From assembly GCF_041929235.1 (NCBI RefSeq), contig NZ_JBHFNP010000022.1, positions 97,330-129,329 on the forward strand: a DNA stretch of 32,000 nt. Direction: 5' to 3'. Position 1 is the stretch's first letter, and the number at the start of each line of letters is the position of its first letter. A program made the position numbers and the translations under genes. Source of the DNA: Microseira sp. BLCC-F43. GTDB lineage: Bacteria; Cyanobacteriota; Cyanobacteriia; Cyanobacteriales; Aerosakkonemataceae. The notes under the pieces are model-generated. The model saw nothing but the letters and a program-made list of their open reading frames with translations, ran no database searches and was not told the DNA's origin. Below are positions 16,441 through 24,621 of the stretch, piece by piece.

Positions 16441-16756
16441 TACTTTAGCCTTTAGTCCCTACCTGGCGTTGATTTGAATGAAGAAAGAAGGAAGGGATGC
16501 GATCGCTTTAATTTCATACACCATATTTTACTATATTTGGGTAATTTATAATTCAAAAGCTTTTTTCAGTAAAATATTGCGTCATATTTATGTATTTCAG
16601 TTGATGGTTTCGCTTCGTTGATAGCCCGCCCGCAAATAAATCATCAACCAGAATATGATTGGCAACAGCATCATATTGTTGACGTTCCCTACGAGGAACC
16701 ATCGGGAATTAATTGGATATGATATAACAAGTAGATAACCAACAGCGAGGATTACT

Positions 16757-17551
16757 ATGCCATCCCCATTTCCCGGCATGAACCCTTATTTAGAAGCTCC
16801 TCAATTATGGCCCGATGTCCATCACCGACTCATTACAGCCATTGCTGACTTGTTAGCCCCTCAATTGGAACCTAAATATATTGTCGCAATTGAACGCCGA
16901 ATTTATGAAGTTATAGACGAAACACCTCTATTAGTAGGACTGCCCGATGTCATGGTGCAGCGTTCTACAACTACTCCAGAGCAAACAAATACTAATGTCG
17001 CTACTTTATCACCTCCAGCCCAACCAATTACAGTAACAGTTCCCATACCCGAAACTGTGGGACAAGGTTATTTAGAAATCCGCCTAGTGGGAAGCAATCA
17101 AGTCATCACCGCTATAGAAATTCTCTCGCCTGTGAACAAGCGACCGGGGAAAGGGCGGGAAACTTACGAAGCAAAACGGCAAAATGTTCTGACTAGCTTA
17201 ACCCATTTAGTAGAAATTGATTTACTGCGCCAGTGGCAACCAATGCCAATTTTAGAAACCAATATTAAAAGCCATTATCGCATTTTAGTTAGCCGCAGAC
17301 AACGCCGACCGCTAGCAGATTTATATGCGTTTAATTTACAAAATTCAATTCCAACATTTCCCTTACCTTTATTACCAGGCGATGCCGAACCTATCATCGA
17401 TTTGAAAGCATTATTAGATTCAATTTACGACCGCGCCGTTTATCGCTTGCAAATCAACTATAACAACGAACCCATACCCGCCTTGACCGAAGCAGATGCA
17501 ACCTGGGCAGATCCACTATTAAAAGAACAGGGAAACAGAATTGCAGATTGA
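16757..17551 (+). CDS. DUF4058-like protein (PD-(D/E)XK nuclease-fold candidate)
   Basis: Characteristic N-terminus MPSPFPGMNPYLE..LWPDVHHRLI. PDVMV, IEILSPVNK and VEIDLL motifs resemble the D...ExK arrangement of Uma2-type proteins. Confidence 0.7.
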   Translation: MPSPFPGMNPYLEAPQLWPDVHHRLITAIADLLAPQLEPKYIVAIERRIYEVIDETPLLVGLPDVMVQRSTTTPEQTNTNVATLSPPAQPITVTVPIPETVGQGYLEIRLVGSNQVITAIEILSPVNKRPGKGRETYEAKRQNVLTSLTHLVEIDLLRQWQPMPILETNIKSHYRILVSRRQRRPLADLYAFNLQNSIPTFPLPLLPGDAEPIIDLKALLDSIYDRAVYRLQINYNNEPIPALTEADATWADPLLKEQGNRIAD

Positions 17552-17692
17552 AGAAAATTGCAGATTTTAGATCTCAGATGGCAGATTTAATATCAAATCA
17601 GTTAACCTCTCTTTTCTTTCTCTGCGTCCTCTGCGCCTGGAGCGGTTCATTCAGATAGCTCAAATCTAAAACCTGCAATCTTCAATCTAAAA

Positions 17693-18337
17693 TCAAACCG
17701 CAGATAGAGATTGTTCTCGCAATTGTTCAACCAATGAGTGCAGATTATAACTATCGAGACGATAACTCAAAGGATTGGCAATTAATCGCGCCGTACTTTG
17801 ATACAAAACCTCAATTTCAACCAAACCATTTTCGCGCAAAGTTTTACCCGTGGAAACTAAGTCTACAATCGCTTCCGACATGCCGGTAATTGGCCCTAAT
17901 TCCACCGAGCCGTATAAAGGTACAATCTCTACAGGCATATCCAAATTTTGAAAGTATTCGCGGGCGCAGTTAACAAACTTAGACGCAACTCTACCGTGGG
18001 GCGGCAATTCCAACGCCGATCGATATGGACTTGATTGCTTCACCGCTACCGACAGGCGACAGCTACCAAACCCCAAATCAGCTAAATGGGCAACTTTAGG
18101 TTGTTTTTCCCGCAACACGTCGTAACCGACAATTCCCAGTTGCGCTTGTCCGTATTCTACATAAACCGGGACGTCATGAGTCCGGACTAGCAAAGCTTTG
18201 GCGGTATTGGTGGGGTCGGTAATTTGCAGTTGGCGATTGGAGGAGTCGAGAAAGGCGCTAAAGTCTAGTCCTACCGCAGAAAGCAGGCGAATACTATCTT
18301 TAAGTAGGGCACCTTTTGGTAATGCAACAGTCAGCAT
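17693..18337 (-). CDS. hisG: ATP phosphoribosyltransferase, short form
   Basis: [20 protein letters not shown]-terminus. The 214-aa length and overall sequence are typical of HisG-S. Confidence 0.9.
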   Translation of the reverse strand: MLTVALPKGALLKDSIRLLSAVGLDFSAFLDSSNRQLQITDPTNTAKALLVRTHDVPVYVEYGQAQLGIVGYDVLREKQPKVAHLADLGFGSCRLSVAVKQSSPYRSALELPPHGRVASKFVNCAREYFQNLDMPVEIVPLYGSVELGPITGMSEAIVDLVSTGKTLRENGLVEIEVLYQSTARLIANPLSYRLDSYNLHSLVEQLREQSLSAV

Positions 18338-18340
18338 CAG

Positions 18341-18379
18341 GATTTTAGATTTGAGATTTTAGATTTTTGATTTTAGATT
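18341..18379. repeat. TAGATTT-type heptamers in the hisG / response-regulator divergent region
   Basis: Direct reading. Confidence 0.85.
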
Positions 18380-18410
18380 AAATTTGAAGCGAAAATCTAA
18401 AACGATCGAG

Positions 18411-19106
18411 ATGCAGATTCTTTTGGTTGACGATGAAGTTGAACTAACCGATCCCCTGAGTCGCGTCTTGACTCGCGAGGGTTATCGGGTTGATGTCGCT
18501 TATGATGGCACATCTGGTACTCAAATGGCGTTGCAAGGCGATTATGACTTGCTGATTTTAGATTGGATGCTACCGCAGATGTCCGGGTTAGAGATTTGTC
18601 AGAGAGTCCGATCGCACGGACTATCCACACCCGTCCTGTTTCTCACCGCTAAAGATACTTTAGACGATCGCGTGCAAGGTTTAGACGCCGGTGCAGATGA
18701 TTATCTGATCAAACCCTTTGAACTGCGGGAATTACTAGCGCGAGTCAGGGCGCTATTGCGGCGAAAAACTGTCTCAGACTCAGAAAAATGGCAAAAACGC
18801 CTGCGCGTTGGCGATTTAGAACTAGATTGCGACAACCAGCTTGCCTATCGTCGCTTACGCCCCATCGAGTTATCGGAAAAAGAAACCCAACTACTGGAAT
18901 ATTTTATGCGCCATCCCGGTCAATTATTAACCCACGCCCAAATTCACGAACATTTGTGGGGCGAAGGCGAACAACCCAGCAGCAACGTTTTAGCAGCATT
19001 AATTCGCCTGCTGCGCCGCAAAATCGAGGGGAAAAATGAAAGTCAGCTAATTCATACAGTTTATGGTAAAGGTTATCGCTTTGGAGAGGTAATGGGTAAT
19101 GGGTAA
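18411..19106 (+). CDS. OmpR/PhoB-type response regulator
   Basis: REC domain (ILLVDDE, LLILDWMLP, LTAKD) plus a winged-helix C-terminus (VYGKGYRF). ATG at 18411 is preferred over the upstream alternative start. Confidence 0.88.
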   Translation: MQILLVDDEVELTDPLSRVLTREGYRVDVAYDGTSGTQMALQGDYDLLILDWMLPQMSGLEICQRVRSHGLSTPVLFLTAKDTLDDRVQGLDAGADDYLIKPFELRELLARVRALLRRKTVSDSEKWQKRLRVGDLELDCDNQLAYRRLRPIELSEKETQLLEYFMRHPGQLLTHAQIHEHLWGEGEQPSSNVLAALIRLLRRKIEGKNESQLIHTVYGKGYRFGEVMGNG

Positions 19107-19281
19107 TTGCTAATTGCCATCAGACCCTGAATTACTCCCTTCTCTCTCCAAAATTACCTACCTCTCCTTTTCTCTTACCTCTGCGTTCTCTGCGTCTCTG
19201 CGTTTCAATAAAAGGATTAGATAGAGTAACCCATGCGCATTTTTATCGTCCAAACTGCCATTGATGGAAATAGAGATCAGA

Positions 19282-20040
19282 TCAACTGTTCAATTTGAAC
19301 AGACTTTCTAAACAAACAACCACGCCAAACCCACCTACAGGTAAAAATGGCAAGTGTCCTGGAGGCGCATTTAAATTGAACTTGAGACGATCGTATTCAA
19401 CCCAACAATGCTTCACCCGCCATCCGACGCGATCGCAAAACCGATACCAAGTACTATAATCTGCTTTACCATTACCTCCAAGGCTTTTCCAAATCGATGC
19501 TTGAACCTGCAAACCAAACTTGCCGTTACTGCATCCATCCCACAACCGATCGATTTTCTTGATTAACTTACCAGACAATCTTTCAATATCTTGCAGTTTG
19601 AGGCAAGTTCCATTTTCCCTTCCACCTGCTTTTAGCATGATTGCCGCTGTTTCTTTATCTGCTTCTTGCCAATTTCCCACCGCCAATAAACCCCCCAACC
19701 GACTACAGTCGATTTCTCCTGGATAAATTGCCGGTAAATATTCTGTTAAAACCTGCTGAATTCTGGGTTCTGCTTGTTCTAGCAAAATTGCATAAGCTTG
19801 CCAACGAACTTGTTCTGAATAGTCTCCTAAAGCTTGAATAACTAAATCTAACCCTGCTTCTCCATAGGTTATAGCTTTTGAGAGAGTTTCTATTTTCTGT
19901 TCTGCTGTACAACGCGAGAACCGATGCTTTAGTCCGGCAATTCCGCCTAAAACTGCGCCATCTACCGGCGGTAAAGCTAAAACTTGACCGCCTCCCAAAA
20001 CAGCATCGTATTCTCTTGGTTGGTTAGGTATATCTGTCAC
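19282..20040 (-). CDS. HEAT-like N-terminal module plus GUN4 domain protein (GTG start)
   Basis: C-terminal half has GUN4-type motifs (LLAVGNWQEADKET, IDRLW, GKFGLQVQ..IW, GHLP). Confidence 0.75.
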   Translation of the reverse strand: MTDIPNQPREYDAVLGGGQVLALPPVDGAVLGGIAGLKHRFSRCTAEQKIETLSKAITYGEAGLDLVIQALGDYSEQVRWQAYAILLEQAEPRIQQVLTEYLPAIYPGEIDCSRLGGLLAVGNWQEADKETAAIMLKAGGRENGTCLKLQDIERLSGKLIKKIDRLWDGCSNGKFGLQVQASIWKSLGGNGKADYSTWYRFCDRVGWRVKHCWVEYDRLKFNLNAPPGHLPFLPVGGFGVVVCLESLFKLNS

Positions 20041-20088
20041 CGCTATTTGACCTTATTTGAATTTAGTATTGACTACAACACCAGTTTC

Positions 20089-21285
20089 CTAAATTCCCCA
20101 AATCTTGATAGTTTTATCATTACTGCCAGCACTCAAACTTTGACCATCCGAACTAAAAGCAAGGCAATTTGGCAAAATATCATCTCCGGTTAAACTATGC
20201 ATTAATTTACCCGTTCTTACATTCCAAAAATTGATTGATTTTTGATAACCATCCCCGATAACAAGAGTTGTTCCATCTGGACTGAAAGCACTACAACGAA
20301 ATAGGTAATGTAACAAGTGGGGATGTGGATCTAAAGTTTGAATTATTTTCCCATCCGGTGTTAAAATTGTAATGGTGCCTTTGAAACAACCAGCAGCAAG
20401 CATTTGTCCATCTGGACTAATAGCAAGCGAATAACCAACCATATTTAACGTGTGGGGTTCGCTTCTATTTTGCCAGTTCCATAACTTAATCGTTCGACTT
20501 ATATCGTTACTGATAAGTGTTTTTCCATCTGGGCTAAATGCTAGGCGAATAATGCTTTCTTTATGGGTTCCCCACATCAGTAAAGGACTGATATTTAAAA
20601 TTAACTTGCCGCTGGTAATATCCCAAATTTTGATACATCTATCGTCGCCGCCAGTGGCAAGGGTTTTAGAGTCATGACTTAGTGCGATCGCTCGAATTTC
20701 CCCTTGATGTCCGTAGAGGGTATGCTGTAATTCTCCCTCCACCCAAATTTCCACAAAACTCTTAGCAGCTTTGATGTTTCTTACCAAAATTTCCCCATCA
20801 TCGCTGATAATAAAAGATTGCTGGTTCCTGGGATATTTAGGAATCGCGTAAAGCAATTCCATCGCGTTCAAATCTACAACTTTTATCGTTCTATTACTCG
20901 CTAAAAATGCTGCTTTATCCCCGGTTGAATTTAATGCAATCTGTTCCCCAGCTTTAACGGTGCGGAGGCATTCAAAAAAACGATAATAATTGATTTTGCT
21001 CAATGCCTGCTTTACTTCTTCTTCTTTCCTTCTTCGCAATTGTAAATAAGCCGTTTTTTGCACCAATTCCGATTCATCTTCTAAAGCTTTAATCCCTATT
21101 TCTAATCCAGCTTTGCCATATTTTTTTGCTTCTTTAACTGCCGCGACTCTGTGTTCCGCAACCGCACTCGCAAAGCGTCTCTTAACTCCAGCAATTCCTC
21201 CCAAAACAGCCCCCGTCGCGGGGATTATATTTTGTCCGCCAAGTACAACATCGTACTCTCTAGGTTCCTGGGTATTCTGTGTCAT
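20089..21285 (-). CDS. HEAT-like N-terminal module plus WD40 repeat protein
   Basis: Repeated WD40 signatures (IKIWDI, IKLWNW, INFWNV, IKIWGI). The N-terminal ~95 aa are homologous to the adjacent GUN4 gene. Confidence 0.85.
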   Translation of the reverse strand: MTQNTQEPREYDVVLGGQNIIPATGAVLGGIAGVKRRFASAVAEHRVAAVKEAKKYGKAGLEIGIKALEDESELVQKTAYLQLRRRKEEEVKQALSKINYYRFFECLRTVKAGEQIALNSTGDKAAFLASNRTIKVVDLNAMELLYAIPKYPRNQQSFIISDDGEILVRNIKAAKSFVEIWVEGELQHTLYGHQGEIRAIALSHDSKTLATGGDDRCIKIWDITSGKLILNISPLLMWGTHKESIIRLAFSPDGKTLISNDISRTIKLWNWQNRSEPHTLNMVGYSLAISPDGQMLAAGCFKGTITILTPDGKIIQTLDPHPHLLHYLFRCSAFSPDGTTLVIGDGYQKSINFWNVRTGKLMHSLTGDDILPNCLAFSSDGQSLSAGSNDKTIKIWGI

Positions 21286-21384
21286 TTCCTCAATTACTGG
21301 ATTTTAAATCTACGTATTATTATAAATCATCGGTTGACGCTGGTAATAGGTAATGGGTAATGGGTAATTGTCCGTTAAATTGCC

Positions 21385-21428
21385 AATAATAAAAAAGCCT
21401 CACCCCGTTGTTGCGTAGGGACTAAGGC
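21385..21428 (-). terminator. Intrinsic terminator on the minus strand, ~215 nt downstream of the acyltransferase gene
   Basis: RNA reads GCCUUAGUCCC...GGGGUGAGGC followed by UUUUUUAUUAUU. Confidence 0.55.
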
Positions 21429-21641
21429 TAAAGAGATATCTCGGACAAACAGATAACGTTAATAATGCCGTGTCCCGGCTTCTAATTATGGGTAATCGAC
21501 CGGACATGATATTACCAGCCATTCTGTGAAAAGAAACCGGGTTTCTGTGAAAAATGGTTTAGCAAGTAAAGATAGCTACAAAGAAACCCGATTTCTGATT
21601 TCGTTAACCCCACCCCTGCTGCCAATCAATCCCATTAACAA

Positions 21642-22613
21642 TTAGCAATTAGCAATTAGCAAGGTATTAATTGTATTTTGCATCTTTTCTCGCAATCTTT
21701 GTGCTTGAACGTAATCATTTGAACGATTGCTATCTAAATCAACTGCTGTTTCTGAGTCTGGTTGAATAAAGTAACGCAGGCGAGTTTTCATTGCCCAAAC
21801 TCCCATTGATGGAAATAGGATAAAGAAAATCATTAAAGGGGAAATTGGCAAGAAAGGCAAGTTTAATCTTTTAGCCAATTTCCGCAAATGCACGGTGAAA
21901 GGATGTAAGTATTCATTCCCAATGCAAACAATTGGTAAAATAGGAATTTGATAGATATTGCTCAAGCGAATAAAACTCGGATGAAATGTTTCTAGTTGAT
22001 AGCGGTTTTGCCAAGCTTTACCGGGTCCGCGCAAACCTTCTGGGGCGTAGAGTAAAATGGTTTTTTGCGCTAATGCTGCTGCAAATTCCTCTTTTTCTGC
22101 CCTGACTGCACCCAAAACCTGCGACCATCCAGGTGGTAACCACCAAATCACCCAAGGATGGTCAAATAATGATACTCCAGCTAGGGGTTGCGTTGCCCAT
22201 CCTCGTGCTTTTCCTAACAAATAAGCCAATATCATAAAATCCCAGGGAAAACACATCCCGGCATGGTTCATCGCCACAATTAACGGACCGTTTTGGGGTA
22301 AATTTTCCATTTGTTGCAGTTCGGCGCGATAATAATATTGGGCAATCGGCGCTAAAACTTCTTCCCGGAAAGCTTGCTGATAATTTGGCTCGAATTTAGC
22401 CGTTTCTTGGCGCGGTAAACGACAACCAAGGCGCAACCAACGGATTAACAATGCCACATAAAAACCACCGGGAATCAGAAATAGCGGATATTCCAGCCAA
22501 GTCCAACCATCGGGGTCGCTATGATAATGTTGCCAGTGGCGGTTAAATAAAATCAACCACCCTGGAGGATACCACAGGCAAAATCTATCAAACCAGCTAA
22601 ACCGATAGGACAT
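21642..22613 (-). CDS. Lysophospholipid/glycerol-3-phosphate acyltransferase family (PlsC-like) membrane protein
   Basis: NHAGMCFPWD acyltransferase-type His motif, PEGLRG motif, hydrophobic N-terminal region. Confidence 0.6.
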   Translation of the reverse strand: MSYRFSWFDRFCLWYPPGWLILFNRHWQHYHSDPDGWTWLEYPLFLIPGGFYVALLIRWLRLGCRLPRQETAKFEPNYQQAFREEVLAPIAQYYYRAELQQMENLPQNGPLIVAMNHAGMCFPWDFMILAYLLGKARGWATQPLAGVSLFDHPWVIWWLPPGWSQVLGAVRAEKEEFAAALAQKTILLYAPEGLRGPGKAWQNRYQLETFHPSFIRLSNIYQIPILPIVCIGNEYLHPFTVHLRKLAKRLNLPFLPISPLMIFFILFPSMGVWAMKTRLRYFIQPDSETAVDLDSNRSNDYVQAQRLREKMQNTINTLLIANC

Positions 22614-22620
22614 AGGGAAT

Positions 22621-22745
22621 TTCAGATTTTAGATTTTAGATTTTAGATTTGGGATTTGGGATTGAATACAATCTGCCATCTAGAATCCGAAATTGGCAAT
22701 CGATCTAATTACCTATTACCCATTACCCATTACCCATTACCATTC
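22621..22745. repeat. TAGATTT/GGGATTT heptamers (22621-22663) and CCATTAC heptamers (22707-22745)
   Basis: Direct reading. Confidence 0.85.
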
Positions 22746-23070
22746 AAGGAGAAAACATCTCCCAAGATAGATGAACTCTCCGGTTGAGTTTGGCTTCTAC
22801 AGGTTTTCCACAGCGCAAATGCTGTTCGATGATAACAGGTACGTCATTCGGTTTGACTTGCCAATACCAAGTTTCCTCTGGCAGAATTCGCACGGTAGGG
22901 CCAGAACTGCACTGACCCTGACAACCGCTGCTTTCTACCTGCACTCCCGGAATTTTAACAGCACCAAACGCTTCCAGCACCTTGGCGGAGCCGTTTTTTA
23001 AGCAAGTTTGGTGCTGACAAACTAACACGCAACGTTCATTAGGTTCGTGGCAGGGGTTGTTGTTTGCCAT
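22744..23070 (-). CDS. Thioredoxin-like (2Fe-2S) ferredoxin domain protein
   Basis: Cys ligand pattern CQHQTC ... CQGQCSSGP. Confidence 0.8.
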   Translation of the reverse strand: MANNNPCHEPNERCVLVCQHQTCLKNGSAKVLEAFGAVKIPGVQVESSGCQGQCSSGPTVRILPEETWYWQVKPNDVPVIIEQHLRCGKPVEAKLNRRVHLSWEMFSP

Positions 23071-23108
23071 GAGTTAAGAAATGTTAACGAGCAACGCTGT
23101 TTTTATTG

Positions 23109-24308
23109 TTACCCCAAAACTCCTGCCTCTGCCTGATAGCGAATATTAGCTTGTTTTAAGCGTTTGAGAGCTTCGCCTAAGCGATCGCACTCTGCAATCA
23201 AGCTTACCCGCACGTACCCCTCACCGGCAACGCCAAAGGCATTCCCAGGGGTCACCACCACACCCGTCTGCTGCAAAACCGACAGAGCAAAATCCGTCGA
23301 TCCGACACCGGGAGGCGTTGGTACCCATACATACATCGTAGCCTTGGGTTTGGGAATGCTCCAACCAAGTTGTGCCAATCCATCAATTAAAAAATCCCGC
23401 CGCGTGCGATAGCGTTGTTGCACCTGTTGCAAATAACTATCGGGTAACTGAAGTGCGGTTTCCGCCGCGCATTGCAATGCGGCAAATAAACCGTAATCTA
23501 AATTAGTTTTTAACGTCCGCAACCCTTGCACGATGCGGCGGTTACCCACAACAAAACCCACGCGCCACCCTGCCATATTGTAAGTTTTGGACATCGTATG
23601 AAATTCCACGCCAATATCTTTGGCACCTGGAATTTCTAGCAAGCTGGTAGGTTGATAACCATCAAATGCCAATTCTGCGTAACACAAGTCGTGAACGAGT
23701 AATATTTCATACTTGCGGGCAAAGGCGACAATTTCCTCAAAAAATTCGCGGGGGGCGGTGGCGGCGGTAGGATTGCTGGGATAGTTGAAATAGAGTATCT
23801 TGGCTTGTTGGGCAACTTCGTCGGGAATTGCCGCTAAATCGATTACCCAGTCGTTTTCCGGTTTTAAAATTAAGCTGTGAACCTTGCCGCCAGCGATCGC
23901 CGGACCGCGAAAATGGGGAGGATAGGCAGGAGTTGGCACTAAAATTACATCCCCTGGGTTGATATAAGCAAGTGCCAGATGGGTTAAACCTTCTTTAGAA
24001 CCCAATAAAGGCAACGCTTCGCTATCCGGATCGAGTTCAACCTCGTAGCGACGCTTGTACCAATTAGTTATAGCGCGGCGGAAGCTAGCGGTGCCTTCAA
24101 ACGGCGGATAACCGTGATTGGCGGGGTTTTTTAGCGCCGCGATCGCTGCCTCGATCACTGGTTCCGGTGCCGATCCATCCGGGTTGCCCATCCCCAAATC
24201 TATTAAATCAAGTCCTTGCTCGCGGGCGCGAGCTTTCAATTCGTCCAAACGGGCAAATACGTAAGGCGGTAGTGCTTGCAGTCGCTCAGCGGGACTAATC
24301 CAATCCAT
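23109..24308 (-). CDS. Class I/II PLP-dependent aminotransferase (AspC/AlaA-like)
   Basis: LPPYVFARLDELK N-terminus, GNPDG, NYPSNPT, and PLP-lysine region SKTYNMAGWRVG. Confidence 0.88.
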   Translation of the reverse strand: MDWISPAERLQALPPYVFARLDELKARAREQGLDLIDLGMGNPDGSAPEPVIEAAIAALKNPANHGYPPFEGTASFRRAITNWYKRRYEVELDPDSEALPLLGSKEGLTHLALAYINPGDVILVPTPAYPPHFRGPAIAGGKVHSLILKPENDWVIDLAAIPDEVAQQAKILYFNYPSNPTAATAPREFFEEIVAFARKYEILLVHDLCYAELAFDGYQPTSLLEIPGAKDIGVEFHTMSKTYNMAGWRVGFVVGNRRIVQGLRTLKTNLDYGLFAALQCAAETALQLPDSYLQQVQQRYRTRRDFLIDGLAQLGWSIPKPKATMYVWVPTPPGVGSTDFALSVLQQTGVVVTPGNAFGVAGEGYVRVSLIAECDRLGEALKRLKQANIRYQAEAGVLG

Positions 24309-24314
24309 TTTATA

Positions 24315-24390
24315 TTTCAGATTTCAGATTTTAGATTTTAGATTGAAACATGGGTAATTGGTAATTGGTAATTGGTAATTGCTAATTGGT
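24315..24390. repeat. CAGATTT/TAGATTT and GGTAATT heptamer arrays
   Basis: Direct reading. Confidence 0.85.
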
Positions 24391-24394
24391 CAGG

Positions 24395-24475
24395 ACTTAG
24401 GCAACTTCTATATGTAGGGTGCTCTCTTCGCAGTAACGCACCATTTCCACTATATCTGGAGTTGGCTGCCTAAGT
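24395..24475. repeat. ~80-nt imperfect palindromic element (ACTTAGGCA ... TGCCTAAGT arms enclosing a GTAGGGTGC..GCACC palindrome), MITE-like
   Basis: 9-bp terminal inverted repeat at 24395-24403 / 24467-24475. Inner GGTGC/GCACC at 24418-24442. Confidence 0.55.
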
Positions 24476-24555
24476 ACTGTTGGTAATTTTGACGGGAAAG
24501 TTATTGCGGGCAAGTTTTGTTCTAGTTGAACCATTGTCGATCAAAATCGCTAACC

Positions 24556-24613
24556 GGGGCGGGTTTAGTCAAATTGTCTGTTTTTCCCAAATTTTATGGG
24601 TAAAACCCGCCCC
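24556..24613. repeat. Hairpin GGGGCGGGTTT-N36-AAACCCGCCCC immediately downstream of the dehydrogenase gene
   Basis: 11-bp perfect arms. Confidence 0.7.
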
Positions 24614-24621
24614 TACATCTC

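Noticed and set aside
16560-16660. Inverted repeat GTTGATG...CATCAAC upstream of the DUF4058 gene as a regulatory hairpin
   Set aside because: It is only 6-7 bp in an AT-rich promoter region, which is too weak to distinguish from chance.
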